DNA from: Candidatus Nanosynbacter lyticus
GTDB taxonomy: Bacteria; Patescibacteriota; Saccharimonadia; Saccharimonadales; Saccharimonadaceae
Assembly (NCBI RefSeq): GCF_030253515.1
Contig: NZ_CP124549.1
Coordinates: 420,001 to 452,000 of the forward strand
Direction: 5' to 3'
DNA length: 32,000 nt
Shown here one piece after another: positions 8,314 through 15,388 of the stretch (position 1 is its first letter; every line of letters begins with the position of its first letter). The notes beneath the pieces were generated by a model. The model saw nothing but the letters and a program-made list of their open reading frames with translations. It was not told where the DNA came from and searched no databases. The position numbers and the translations under genes are program-made.

Positions 8314-8633
8314 TACTTGGTCTCCTCCATCTGCTGCTCTACTGCGTCAAACACATCGAGCTTATCGCCATCTTTCAGCGTCACGTAAGCCTTCTTCCAA
8401 TCCTTGCGCGTAGTCGTGCCAGGATAGCGGTTCTTGCCTCGTGAGAAACGCACAGCTTTGCCGTCTTGGACCAAGGTCTTTACCTTCAGGACAGTAACGT
8501 CAAATTGCGCTTCAACTGCTGCTTTGATCTCGTTTTTATTTAGGTTCAGCGGAACGCGGAACACGTACACGCCGTTGGCGCTCTGTGCATATGCTTTCTC
8601 GCTAATGCGTGGGATAATTGTCATCTGTTTCAT
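8313..8633 (-). CDS. rplW: 50S ribosomal protein L23
   Basis: 106 aa, L23-like (IIPRISEKAY...FRVPLNLNKNEIKAAVE), positioned between rplD and rplB. Confidence 0.94.
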   Translation of the reverse strand: MKQMTIIPRISEKAYAQSANGVYVFRVPLNLNKNEIKAAVEAQFDVTVLKVKTLVQDGKAVRFSRGKNRYPGTTTRKDWKKAYVTLKDGDKLDVFDAVEQQMEETK

Positions 8634-8634
8634 A

Positions 8635-9234
8635 TTACGCTTCCTCCTTACTCAGCCACTCAGTGATTACTGGCAGAGCTTTCGGGGTCATGACAATAGT
8701 ATCCGCATTCAGGATGTGGTAAACGCTGAGGTAGCTCGCGCGGATCACCAATACGTTCTGAATGTTGTTGCTTGCGCGCATCAATTCTGGTGTCTTTTCG
8801 TCCACGACGATCAGCACGCGGCGCTCAAGCTTGTTATCAGCCAAGAAGGTTGCGACTTCCTTGGTTTTGCCCGTCGTCTTGATATCTTTGACGACGATCT
8901 TCTTCGCTTCATTTGCTACCGTCAAGGCTTGGCGAATTGCCACTTTCTTGGCGGTTTTAGACAATTTTTTGGTGTAGTTTTCGTTGCCGCGTGGGCCAAA
9001 GACCACACCACCGCCGCGCCAGATTGGGTTACGGCTTGAGCCGAAACGCGCTCGACCAGTTCCCTTTTGCTTCCATGGCTTTTTACCACCACCGGAAACT
9101 TCACCACGCTGCTTGGTGGTTGCGCTTGCTAGGCGGGCGTTTGCCAGGTAGCTGTCATATGCCAATTTCAACAGTTCGTGGTTTGGCACGTCAACAGCAA
9201 AAATGTCTTTAGGAAGTTTGGTTGATTCAGCCAT
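8635..9234 (-). CDS. rplD: 50S ribosomal protein L4
   Basis: 199 aa, with the L4 motif KPWKQKGTGRARFGSSRNPIWRGGGVVFGP. Confidence 0.96.
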   Translation of the reverse strand: MAESTKLPKDIFAVDVPNHELLKLAYDSYLANARLASATTKQRGEVSGGGKKPWKQKGTGRARFGSSRNPIWRGGGVVFGPRGNENYTKKLSKTAKKVAIRQALTVANEAKKIVVKDIKTTGKTKEVATFLADNKLERRVLIVVDEKTPELMRASNNIQNVLVIRASYLSVYHILNADTIVMTPKALPVITEWLSKEEA

Positions 9235-9848
9235 TACTTGTTACCTCCTAAAATGATCAGCCCTTTTCGTGGCCCAGGGACAGCGCCCTTTACCCCGATC
9301 AGATTGGTCTCTGGATCAACATATGCCACTTCCAGGTTCTTGACCGTAACACGCTCGTGACCCATGTGGCCAGCCATCGTCTTACCCTTGAACACTTTTT
9401 GTGGATACATCGAGCCAATTGAACCTGGCTTACGAGTATTACCCTTACCACCGTGCGTCTTGCGGTGACGCTTAAAGTTGTGGCGTTTAATGGTTCCAGC
9501 GAAACCTTTACCTTTGCTGGTTCCGGTCGCATCGACAGAATCGCCGACTTCGAACGCGGAAACGTTGATTTCATCGCCAACTTTGATTCCCTCAGGGATC
9601 TCGTCGACGCGGAATTCCCGAATGTGCTTCGGGGTCACTTGGGCTGGCTTCACGTGTCCAGCCACGGCCTTGCTCAGGTTCTTACCCTCTCCATAAGCGA
9701 CCTGTACCGCATTGTAACCGTCGGTTTCGACAGTCTTCACCTGAGTCACGGTGACAGGGCCGGCTTGGATCAGCGTCACCGGAATGGCTTTGCCGTCTTC
9801 AGCCAAGAGCTGGGTCATACCAAGTTTGGTACCGAGAAGTGTTTTCAC
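9234..9848 (-). CDS. rplC: 50S ribosomal protein L3
   Basis: GTG start 9848 with the SD GAGTGAGG. MKTLLGTKLGMTQLL... and ...KGKGFAGTIKRHNF are canonical L3. This is the first gene of the operon, with no rpsJ upstream. Confidence 0.96.
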   Translation of the reverse strand: MKTLLGTKLGMTQLLAEDGKAIPVTLIQAGPVTVTQVKTVETDGYNAVQVAYGEGKNLSKAVAGHVKPAQVTPKHIREFRVDEIPEGIKVGDEINVSAFEVGDSVDATGTSKGKGFAGTIKRHNFKRHRKTHGGKGNTRKPGSIGSMYPQKVFKGKTMAGHMGHERVTVKNLEVAYVDPETNLIGVKGAVPGPRKGLIILGGNK

Positions 9849-9991
9849 TTTTCCTCACTCCCACTTAAATACTCCTGATGACGTGCGGTTTCTGGGTTCC
9901 GAGTGAGGCGTTCATGACAAACGCTTCAACCATAGCCAGACCTGCTCATTCATCAAGGAGAACAGTTGATATTACGCGTAATAGAAATTAC
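9849..9991 (-). promoter_or_regulatory. 5' leader of about 140 nt for the rplC operon, with an SD-sequestering helix
   Basis: In the mRNA sense, CCTCACTC (9908..9901) is perfectly complementary to GAGTGAGG (9860..9853), which is the SD 4 nt before the GTG. A 14-nt perfect palindrome TATTACGCGTAATA (9970..9983) lies just downstream of the predicted transcription start site (TSS). Confidence 0.45.
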
Positions 9992-9997
9992 TCTGTG

Positions 9998-10027
9998 ATT
10001 GTAACACACGTTGGTCTGTGACGTCAA
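9998..10027 (-). promoter_or_regulatory. Promoter of the rplC operon, TTGACG-18-TACAAT (TG-extended)
   Basis: Minus-strand read: ttgacg tcacagaccaacgtgtgt tacaat. Motif reading only. Confidence 0.5.
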
Positions 10028-10053
10028 CAGTAGTAGGATGTTGGTCTAGACTA

Positions 10054-10082
10054 TTGACATGGCGTTGATTACCTGCTACAAT
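10054..10082 (+). promoter_or_regulatory. Near-consensus promoter TTGACA-17-TACAAT for the 81-aa ORF
   Basis: Sequence is ttgaca tggcgttgattacctgc tacaat. It sits back-to-back with the rplC promoter, with the two -35 boxes 26 bp apart. Confidence 0.6.
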
Positions 10083-10120
10083 TTGGCAGTTTGAGTAAGT
10101 AACAGAAAGGAATAAGAGAA

Positions 10121-10366
10121 GTGACTGCGACACCAGACATGGTACGTTATAACACCGACGGCGCTAAAACCAATCAAGCAGAGTTCCAAGAGTGGCTTGG
10201 ATCAGTAATTGAAAAAGGTATAGAGACAGGCGAGCTTGATCCAGAAAAAAGCTTTGGCTCTGAAAGTGAAAAAGGTGAAGATAGCCCGCTCCGCCAAGCA
10301 GCAGCTACCGCCATCATAGCTCATTGGAATAAGCTTGAGCACCAAGAGCAGATCACCAAGGACTAG
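10121..10366 (+). CDS. Small acidic hypothetical protein (81 aa, net charge about -8)
   Basis: GTG 10121 has GAAAGGA 9 nt upstream (alternative start ATG 10139). The ORF is bracketed by a strong promoter and a hairpin terminator. I recognise no family. Confidence 0.55.
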   Translation: MTATPDMVRYNTDGAKTNQAEFQEWLGSVIEKGIETGELDPEKSFGSESEKGEDSPLRQAAATAIIAHWNKLEHQEQITKD

Positions 10367-10391
10367 AGGGCGTCTTGTAGTCGCCCGCCTA

Positions 10392-10422
10392 AATACCGCT
10401 CCACAACAGGAGCGGTATTTTA
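10392..10422. terminator. Bidirectional intrinsic terminator shared by the 81-aa ORF (+) and fusA (-)
   Basis: Perfect 12-bp stem AAATACCGCTCC / GGAGCGGTATTT with a 6-nt loop, and A/T tracts on both sides. Confidence 0.7.
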
Positions 10423-10443
10423 GTATCGTTTTATCACTACACG

Positions 10444-12531
10444 CTAGGCGTTGCGCTTCTCAATAATCTCCTGCGCCACGTTTGGCGGTACTTCCTCGTA
10501 CTGCGCTAGCTCCATGGTGCTGGCTGCGCGGCCCTGCGACATCGAGCGGATGTCCGAGGTGTAGCCAAACATATTTGCTAGCGGCACGAAGGCCTTGACC
10601 AATTTGGCGCCGCCCATCAGATCTTCCATGGCGTCAATGCGGCCGCGGCGTGAGTTCAGGTCACCGATGATGTCGCCCATGAACTCTTCTGGAGTGGTTA
10701 CTTCAACCTTCATGACCGGCTCGAGCAGAATTGGGGTGGCTTGCTTGATGCCTTCGCGGGCTGCCAACGAACCTGCCAACGAGAAGGCTAGTTCTGAGGA
10801 GTCGACATCGTGGTATGAACCATCGTACAGCGTCGCCTTGACATCAACCACTGGATAGCCAGCAATGACACCACCTTCCAAGGTTTCCTTGATACCCTTC
10901 ATGACAGCCGGGCGATATTCCTGAGGAACCACGCCACCCTTAATCTCGTCGATGAATTCAAAGCCCTTGCCGGCCTCATTCGGCTCAAAGCGTACCCAAA
11001 CGTCACCATATTGACCGCGACCACCAGACTGCTTGGCGTGCTTACCCTGGACTTCGGCGCGGCCCTTGATTGACTCGCGGAAGGCCACTTGCGGTTCACC
11101 GATATTCGCTTCAACCTTGAACTCGCGCTTCATACGGTCGATCAAGATATCCAGGTGCAACTCACCCATGCCGGACATAATCGTCTGACCAGTTTCTTCA
11201 TCAGTGTGAATGCGGAAGGTTGGGTCTTCCTCAGCCAAACGCTGCAAGGCCAATGCCATCTTCTCTTGGTCAGCCTTTGATTTTGGCTCAACGGCGATGG
11301 ATACTGGTGGCTCTGGGAACTCAATACTTTCCAGGGCAATTGGGTGCGCTGGATCAGTCAAGGTGTTACCGGTACCGGTGTTCTTCAGGCCAACCACCGC
11401 CGCGATGTCACCAGCACCAATCTTGTCAATCTCCTCGCGCTTGTCAGCATGCATGCGCACGATACGGCCGATACGCTCCTTATCGCCAGTGGTGGTGTTC
11501 AAGACGTAGCTGCCCGAATTCAGCACGCCAGAATAGACGCGGATAAAGATTAACTTACCAACAAATGGGTCAGTAGCGATCTTGAACGCGAGAGCGCTCA
11601 TCGGCTCTTTTTCGTCTGGTTTGCGGCTCACTTCGTCGCCGGTCTTTGGATTTTTACCCCAAATTTCGTCAACATCCAGCGGGCTTGGCAAGTAGTCAAC
11701 CATCAGGTCAAGCAGCTTCTCCACGATGACACCACGGCCGTCACCACCAGTGACTAAGAAGAAGTCACCAGCCAGCACTCGCTTACGCAGCGCCATTTTC
11801 AGTTCGTCGATAGTAATCGCTTCCTCACCCTGGTCGAGGAACTTCATCATCAATTCATCATCAGCCTCAACGGCATTTTCCACCAGCAGGGCGCGAGCAT
11901 TCTTCGCCTTCTCCAGCATATCAGCCGGGATTTCGCCAACTTTCAACTCGTGGTCGGTGTAATCATCGTAGGTGTAGGCTTTCATGTCGACGAGGTCGAC
12001 CACGCCGTTAATCGTCTTTTCAAAACCAATTGGGATGTGAATTGGAAAGGCTTGTTTGCTCAAGCGATTGTGAATTGATTCCAAAGATTTCCAGAAGTCG
12101 CCGCCGGTCTGGTTGATCTTGTTAACGAAGCAAATGCGCGGCACGCCGTATTTGTTAGCCTGGCGCCAGACGGTCTCAGACTGCGCCTCAACACCCATCT
12201 TGCCGTCAAACACGGTCACTGCGCCGTCGAGCACGCGTAGCGAACGCTCCACCTCAGCAGTAAAGTCGATGTGCCCTGGCGTGTCGATAATGTTAATCTT
12301 ATGGTCTTTCCAGAAGCAGGTCACCGCCGCCGAGGTAATGGTAATGCCCCGCTCCTTTTCCTGCGCCATCCAGTCGGTGGTCGCACCGTCGCCGTCACCC
12401 TTAACTACACCAATCTTATGCGTCAAGCCAGTGCGGTACAAGATGCCCTCAGTGGTCGTCGTTTTACCGGCGTCAATGTGAGCAATGATACCAATATTTC
12501 TAAAGTTTTGTAATGGAACGTTTGCTGCCAT
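10444..12531 (-). CDS. fusA: Elongation factor G
   Basis: 695 aa, with [25 protein letters not shown] and the domain IV/V sequences typical of EF-G. Confidence 0.97.
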   Translation of the reverse strand: MAANVPLQNFRNIGIIAHIDAGKTTTTEGILYRTGLTHKIGVVKGDGDGATTDWMAQEKERGITITSAAVTCFWKDHKINIIDTPGHIDFTAEVERSLRVLDGAVTVFDGKMGVEAQSETVWRQANKYGVPRICFVNKINQTGGDFWKSLESIHNRLSKQAFPIHIPIGFEKTINGVVDLVDMKAYTYDDYTDHELKVGEIPADMLEKAKNARALLVENAVEADDELMMKFLDQGEEAITIDELKMALRKRVLAGDFFLVTGGDGRGVIVEKLLDLMVDYLPSPLDVDEIWGKNPKTGDEVSRKPDEKEPMSALAFKIATDPFVGKLIFIRVYSGVLNSGSYVLNTTTGDKERIGRIVRMHADKREEIDKIGAGDIAAVVGLKNTGTGNTLTDPAHPIALESIEFPEPPVSIAVEPKSKADQEKMALALQRLAEEDPTFRIHTDEETGQTIMSGMGELHLDILIDRMKREFKVEANIGEPQVAFRESIKGRAEVQGKHAKQSGGRGQYGDVWVRFEPNEAGKGFEFIDEIKGGVVPQEYRPAVMKGIKETLEGGVIAGYPVVDVKATLYDGSYHDVDSSELAFSLAGSLAAREGIKQATPILLEPVMKVEVTTPEEFMGDIIGDLNSRRGRIDAMEDLMGGAKLVKAFVPLANMFGYTSDIRSMSQGRAASTMELAQYEEVPPNVAQEIIEKRNA

Positions 12532-12614
12532 TTGTCTTTCCTTTGTTAAAAATAGTTATTGTTCGAGATTCTCCGGAGCTATTTTGACGCACCAAAAAAC
12601 TACGCTTGAGCTGT

Positions 12615-12643
12615 ATTATAGCAGACGATTGGCGTTTTGTGAA
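12615..12643 (-). promoter_or_regulatory. Promoter of fusA, TTCACA-17-TATAAT (TG-extended)
   Basis: Minus-strand read: ttcaca aaacgccaatcgtctgc tataat. A leader of about 80 nt follows, ending in AAAGGAAAG-ACAA-ATG. Confidence 0.5.
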
Positions 12644-12654
12644 TGAGCCCTGTC

Positions 12655-13566
12655 TTAGCGCGGAATTTGGCTACGACCTGATTGGATTTGTTGTATACCC
12701 TTGGCCATGAGTAAATAATCTTTGTTTTGAGCATCAGACCGACCAAGGAGCGTTGCACGCACCATCATCACTAGAGAATCACAGACTCTCGTGGTGGCGA
12801 GGGTTTCCACGGAGACAGATTGCACATACATCGCACCCGCCGTATTCAATTCAACCCATTCCCTATTATGAAGCGCGAGGCCCTTATACATAATATCGTA
12901 TGGCATATACGGATCAAGTGAAGCCAGTACCTTGCAGTGAATGTTTATCGCCTTAATCACTCGATTGAGGTCTCTATTTGACAATCGCCCAAAAGGAATT
13001 TCATCAATCGGAACATCTGCTAGCTCCCTGATCATCCGAGCTGAGTCGATACAGTTATTGTTTGGATCAACTAGTCGTATATTATTCAAATAATCAAGGA
13101 CTTCAGGCGTGTACAGCTGTAAAATAGCCTTGGCCTGTTCAATATCCATCAGCTGCGGAAACTGGATAAGGACATCCAGCGGAACGACATACTGGGCCGT
13201 GGTGCCCTCTGGTGTTACGCCAAGACCACCAAGTGCGATTTCTGGATCAGACTTGTTCGCGACAATCAGGCAACCGGCGCACTGGAGTTTATGATCTTCA
13301 ATATATACGTATTCTTCTCCGTTTTTGGTATGTTGTTGCACCCATCCGCTTACCGCCATCAGCTGACCGATAAGCCCGGCAAATAGTTCTTGGTTAATCC
13401 GCACAGTGGCTTCTAGATACTGATGAGGATTGAGCTTTCGAACGTCGGCCATTCGTTCTCGAGCCAGGCGGAGGACAGTGGCGACTTGCTGATTGAAAAC
13501 AGCCTTATCAAGTAACGCAAGGTTCTCGGGCAGCGGGGTGGCAGATGGGGTAGACTCAGTCGTCAT
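12655..13566 (-). CDS. Hypothetical cytoplasmic protein (303 aa), family not recognised
   Basis: Long clean ORF with no TM segment or signal peptide and a single CxxC (LQCAGCL). TATGAT lies 6 nt upstream of the ATG. It sits between yajQ and fusA. Confidence 0.7.
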   Translation of the reverse strand: MTTESTPSATPLPENLALLDKAVFNQQVATVLRLARERMADVRKLNPHQYLEATVRINQELFAGLIGQLMAVSGWVQQHTKNGEEYVYIEDHKLQCAGCLIVANKSDPEIALGGLGVTPEGTTAQYVVPLDVLIQFPQLMDIEQAKAILQLYTPEVLDYLNNIRLVDPNNNCIDSARMIRELADVPIDEIPFGRLSNRDLNRVIKAINIHCKVLASLDPYMPYDIMYKGLALHNREWVELNTAGAMYVQSVSVETLATTRVCDSLVMMVRATLLGRSDAQNKDYLLMAKGIQQIQSGRSQIPR

Positions 13567-13572
13567 CTCTTA

Positions 13573-13602
13573 ATCATACGGCGTAAAAGCCGACTGACGC
13601 AA
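13573..13602 (-). promoter_or_regulatory. Promoter TTGCGT-18-TATGAT; the ATG of the 303-aa ORF is 6 nt after the -10
   Basis: Minus-strand read: ttgcgt cagtcggcttttacgccg tatgat taagag ATG. Confidence 0.4.
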
Positions 13603-13619
13603 CCATAACCATAAAGCTC

Positions 13620-14114
13620 TTAGCGATAATTCACGCACTGCAGCGGCGTGTCATAATCATTTTCACGCATCAGGCTAATGACTTTCTGTAATTCATCTTT
13701 CGAGGCAGAGGTAACACGGACGAGGTCGCCTTGGATTTGCGGCTTGGCTTTGGGCGCCGCAGCGCGAATGTCGGCAGCAATGCGCTTGGCGGTCGGCTGG
13801 TCGAGGCCTTGCTTGAAAGGAATTTCCCAGGTGGTTTTGAGGTTTGAGGTGACCTTTTCTTTGGTGAGATCGAGGACTTTGCTCGACTGACCCCGAGCCG
13901 CCAGTTTCTTGCGCACAATGTCCAGCACCGCATCAACCTGCCAGTCGTTATCACCAGTGAACTTGAATCCTTTTTTATCATCCAGCCAGTCAATCCTAGC
14001 GCTCGTCCCCTTAAAATCGTACCGCCCTTGGATCTCTTTTTCCGCCTGCATGAAAACATTATTCAGCTCGGCTTTGTCAATTTCTGACACAATATCAAAT
14101 GAAAAACTTGCCAT
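13620..14114 (-). CDS. yajQ: YajQ-family (UPF0234/DUF520) nucleotide-binding protein
   Basis: 164 aa. MASFSFDIVSEIDKAELNNV...QGRYDFKGT...PLQCVNYR matches the YajQ family, including its length and termini. Confidence 0.85.
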   Translation of the reverse strand: MASFSFDIVSEIDKAELNNVFMQAEKEIQGRYDFKGTSARIDWLDDKKGFKFTGDNDWQVDAVLDIVRKKLAARGQSSKVLDLTKEKVTSNLKTTWEIPFKQGLDQPTAKRIAADIRAAAPKAKPQIQGDLVRVTSASKDELQKVISLMRENDYDTPLQCVNYR

Positions 14115-14135
14115 TTACCCCTCCTCGTTTTCCTC

Positions 14136-14144
14136 ATTATAACA
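14136..14144 (-). promoter_or_regulatory. Extended -10 (TGtTATAAT) for yajQ
   Basis: Minus-strand read: tttgttataat gaggaaaacGAGGAGGggtaaATG. The -10 abuts the U-tract of the rpsG terminator. Confidence 0.45.
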
Positions 14145-14173
14145 AAAATCGCCCGTTTTTCAGAGCGATTTCT
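14144..14173 (-). terminator. Intrinsic terminator after rpsG
   Basis: Minus-strand read: AAATCGCTC tgaaaaac GGGCGATTT TTgtt. The stem is 9 bp including one G-U pair, followed by a T-run. Confidence 0.6.
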
Positions 14174-14194
14174 GAGTTCGCATTTCCTTGGCAA

Positions 14195-14674
14195 TTAGCC
14201 GCGAGCAAAGTGGGCAAAGGCACGGTTAGCCTCAGCCATCTTGTGGGTATCTTCCTTCTTCTTGAAGGCAGCACCAGCTTCGTTGTAGGCGTCAACAATC
14301 TCTAGCGCCAAACGCTGTGAATATGGCATCCCACTACGAGCACGAGCTGATTGTACTAGCCAGCTAAACGCGTAGTGTAGCTGCCGGTGTCCCTGAACTG
14401 GGAACGGAATCTGGTAGTTCGCACCACCGACACGGCGGCTCTTCACCTCAAAGTTTGGGCTGACATTCTTGAGAGCTCGCTCAAAGACAGCAAGGGGGTC
14501 TTCAGAATCCAACTTCTTTGCGGCTGCTTCTAGAGCGGCATACACGGCACGCTCAGCCGCCAATTTTTTGCCGTCGAGCATTGACTTGTTAATCAAACGC
14601 TGCACCAGCACGCTTTGGTAGCGGCGGTCAGGTTGCAATTGGCGTTGTAGTTTCTTGGTAACTTTACGAGGCAT
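14195..14674 (-). CDS. rpsG: 30S ribosomal protein S7
   Basis: MPRKVTKKLQRQLQPDRRYQSVLVQRLINKSMLDGKK... is canonical S7. Confidence 0.97.
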   Translation of the reverse strand: MPRKVTKKLQRQLQPDRRYQSVLVQRLINKSMLDGKKLAAERAVYAALEAAAKKLDSEDPLAVFERALKNVSPNFEVKSRRVGGANYQIPFPVQGHRQLHYAFSWLVQSARARSGMPYSQRLALEIVDAYNEAGAAFKKKEDTHKMAEANRAFAHFARG

Positions 14675-14676
14675 GA

Positions 14677-15090
14677 TTACTTATCCCCTTTCTTGGTACC
14701 GTACTTCGAACGGCCCCGCTTGCGGTTGTTGACACCCTGGAGGTCCAACGCACCACGGACGATGTGGTAACGCACACCCGGAAGATCAGGCACACGACCA
14801 CCGCGGATCAAGACCACAGCGTGCTCCTGCAAGTTGTGGCCTTCACCACCGATGTAGGCCCAAACTTCGTAGCCGTTGTTCAGCTTCACACGGGCAACTT
14901 TACGCAGCGCTGAGTTTGGTTTCTTTGGTGTCTTGGTCGTCACACGCACACACACACCACGCTTGAGCGGTGCATTCTGGTCGTAGTAACGCGTTTTCAG
15001 GGCGTTGTGAATGCGACCCAGTGCTGGCGACTTGGACTTTTTCTTAGCCGTTTGGCGCGGTTTGCGCACCAATTGGTTGATTGTTGGCAT
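14677..15090 (-). CDS. rpsL: 30S ribosomal protein S12
   Basis: [12 protein letters not shown]...[11 protein letters not shown]...[10 protein letters not shown]...[14 protein letters not shown] is canonical S12 with the Gram-positive-type insertion. Confidence 0.97.
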   Translation of the reverse strand: MPTINQLVRKPRQTAKKKSKSPALGRIHNALKTRYYDQNAPLKRGVCVRVTTKTPKKPNSALRKVARVKLNNGYEVWAYIGGEGHNLQEHAVVLIRGGRVPDLPGVRYHIVRGALDLQGVNNRKRGRSKYGTKKGDK

Positions 15091-15297
15091 CCAATTTCTC
15101 CTTGGTTGATTTACTAATGATGGCGATTTCGCCTAGTGGCTCTAGCGGGCTGGCGCGCGATTTCACACGCAAAAACCAGCTTCTCTTAGCGCCTACGGCT
15201 TGGATTCAGCAACTCCGCCCCGTGTCTATACCTTTTCTGCCGAGCGTGCAGCCTGTACACATTCAAACCACCGCGCGCCCCGAAAAGAGGAAACTCT
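15091..15297 (-). promoter_or_regulatory. Long GC-rich structured 5' leader of rpsL (about 205 nt)
   Basis: This is the untranslated region between the predicted -10 and the rpsL ATG. It contains the long-range complement GGCGCGCG (about 15279..15272) / CGCGCGCC (about 15159..15152), several local hairpins, and a weak hairpin followed by TTTTT near 15171..15203. Confidence 0.4.
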
Positions 15298-15303
15298 GGG
15301 GAG

Positions 15304-15312
15304 ATTATAGCA
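15304..15312 (-). promoter_or_regulatory. Extended -10 (TGcTATAAT) for rpsL-rpsG
   Basis: Minus-strand read: tatgcTATAATctcccc. The -35 is weak (TAGCAA at 17 nt). Confidence 0.45.
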
Positions 15313-15334
15313 TAGACTGCGTGCAATTGCTATA

Positions 15335-15367
15335 GAAAAACCGCCCCGTATCCATCGGAGCGGTTTC
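15335..15367 (-). terminator. Intrinsic terminator after rpoC
   Basis: Minus-strand read: AAACCGCTCC gatggatac GGGGCGGTTT TTct. The stem is 10 bp including one G-U pair, followed by a T-run, about 20 nt after the rpoC stop. Confidence 0.7.
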
Positions 15368-15388
15368 TGAGAAAAGAAGCTGGTTGGC

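Noticed and set aside
15081-15335. An 84-aa plus-strand ORF in the rpsL-rpoC spacer.
   Set aside because: It overlaps the rpsL start, has no promoter or SD, and covers a region better explained as the rpsL promoter, leader and rpoC terminator.
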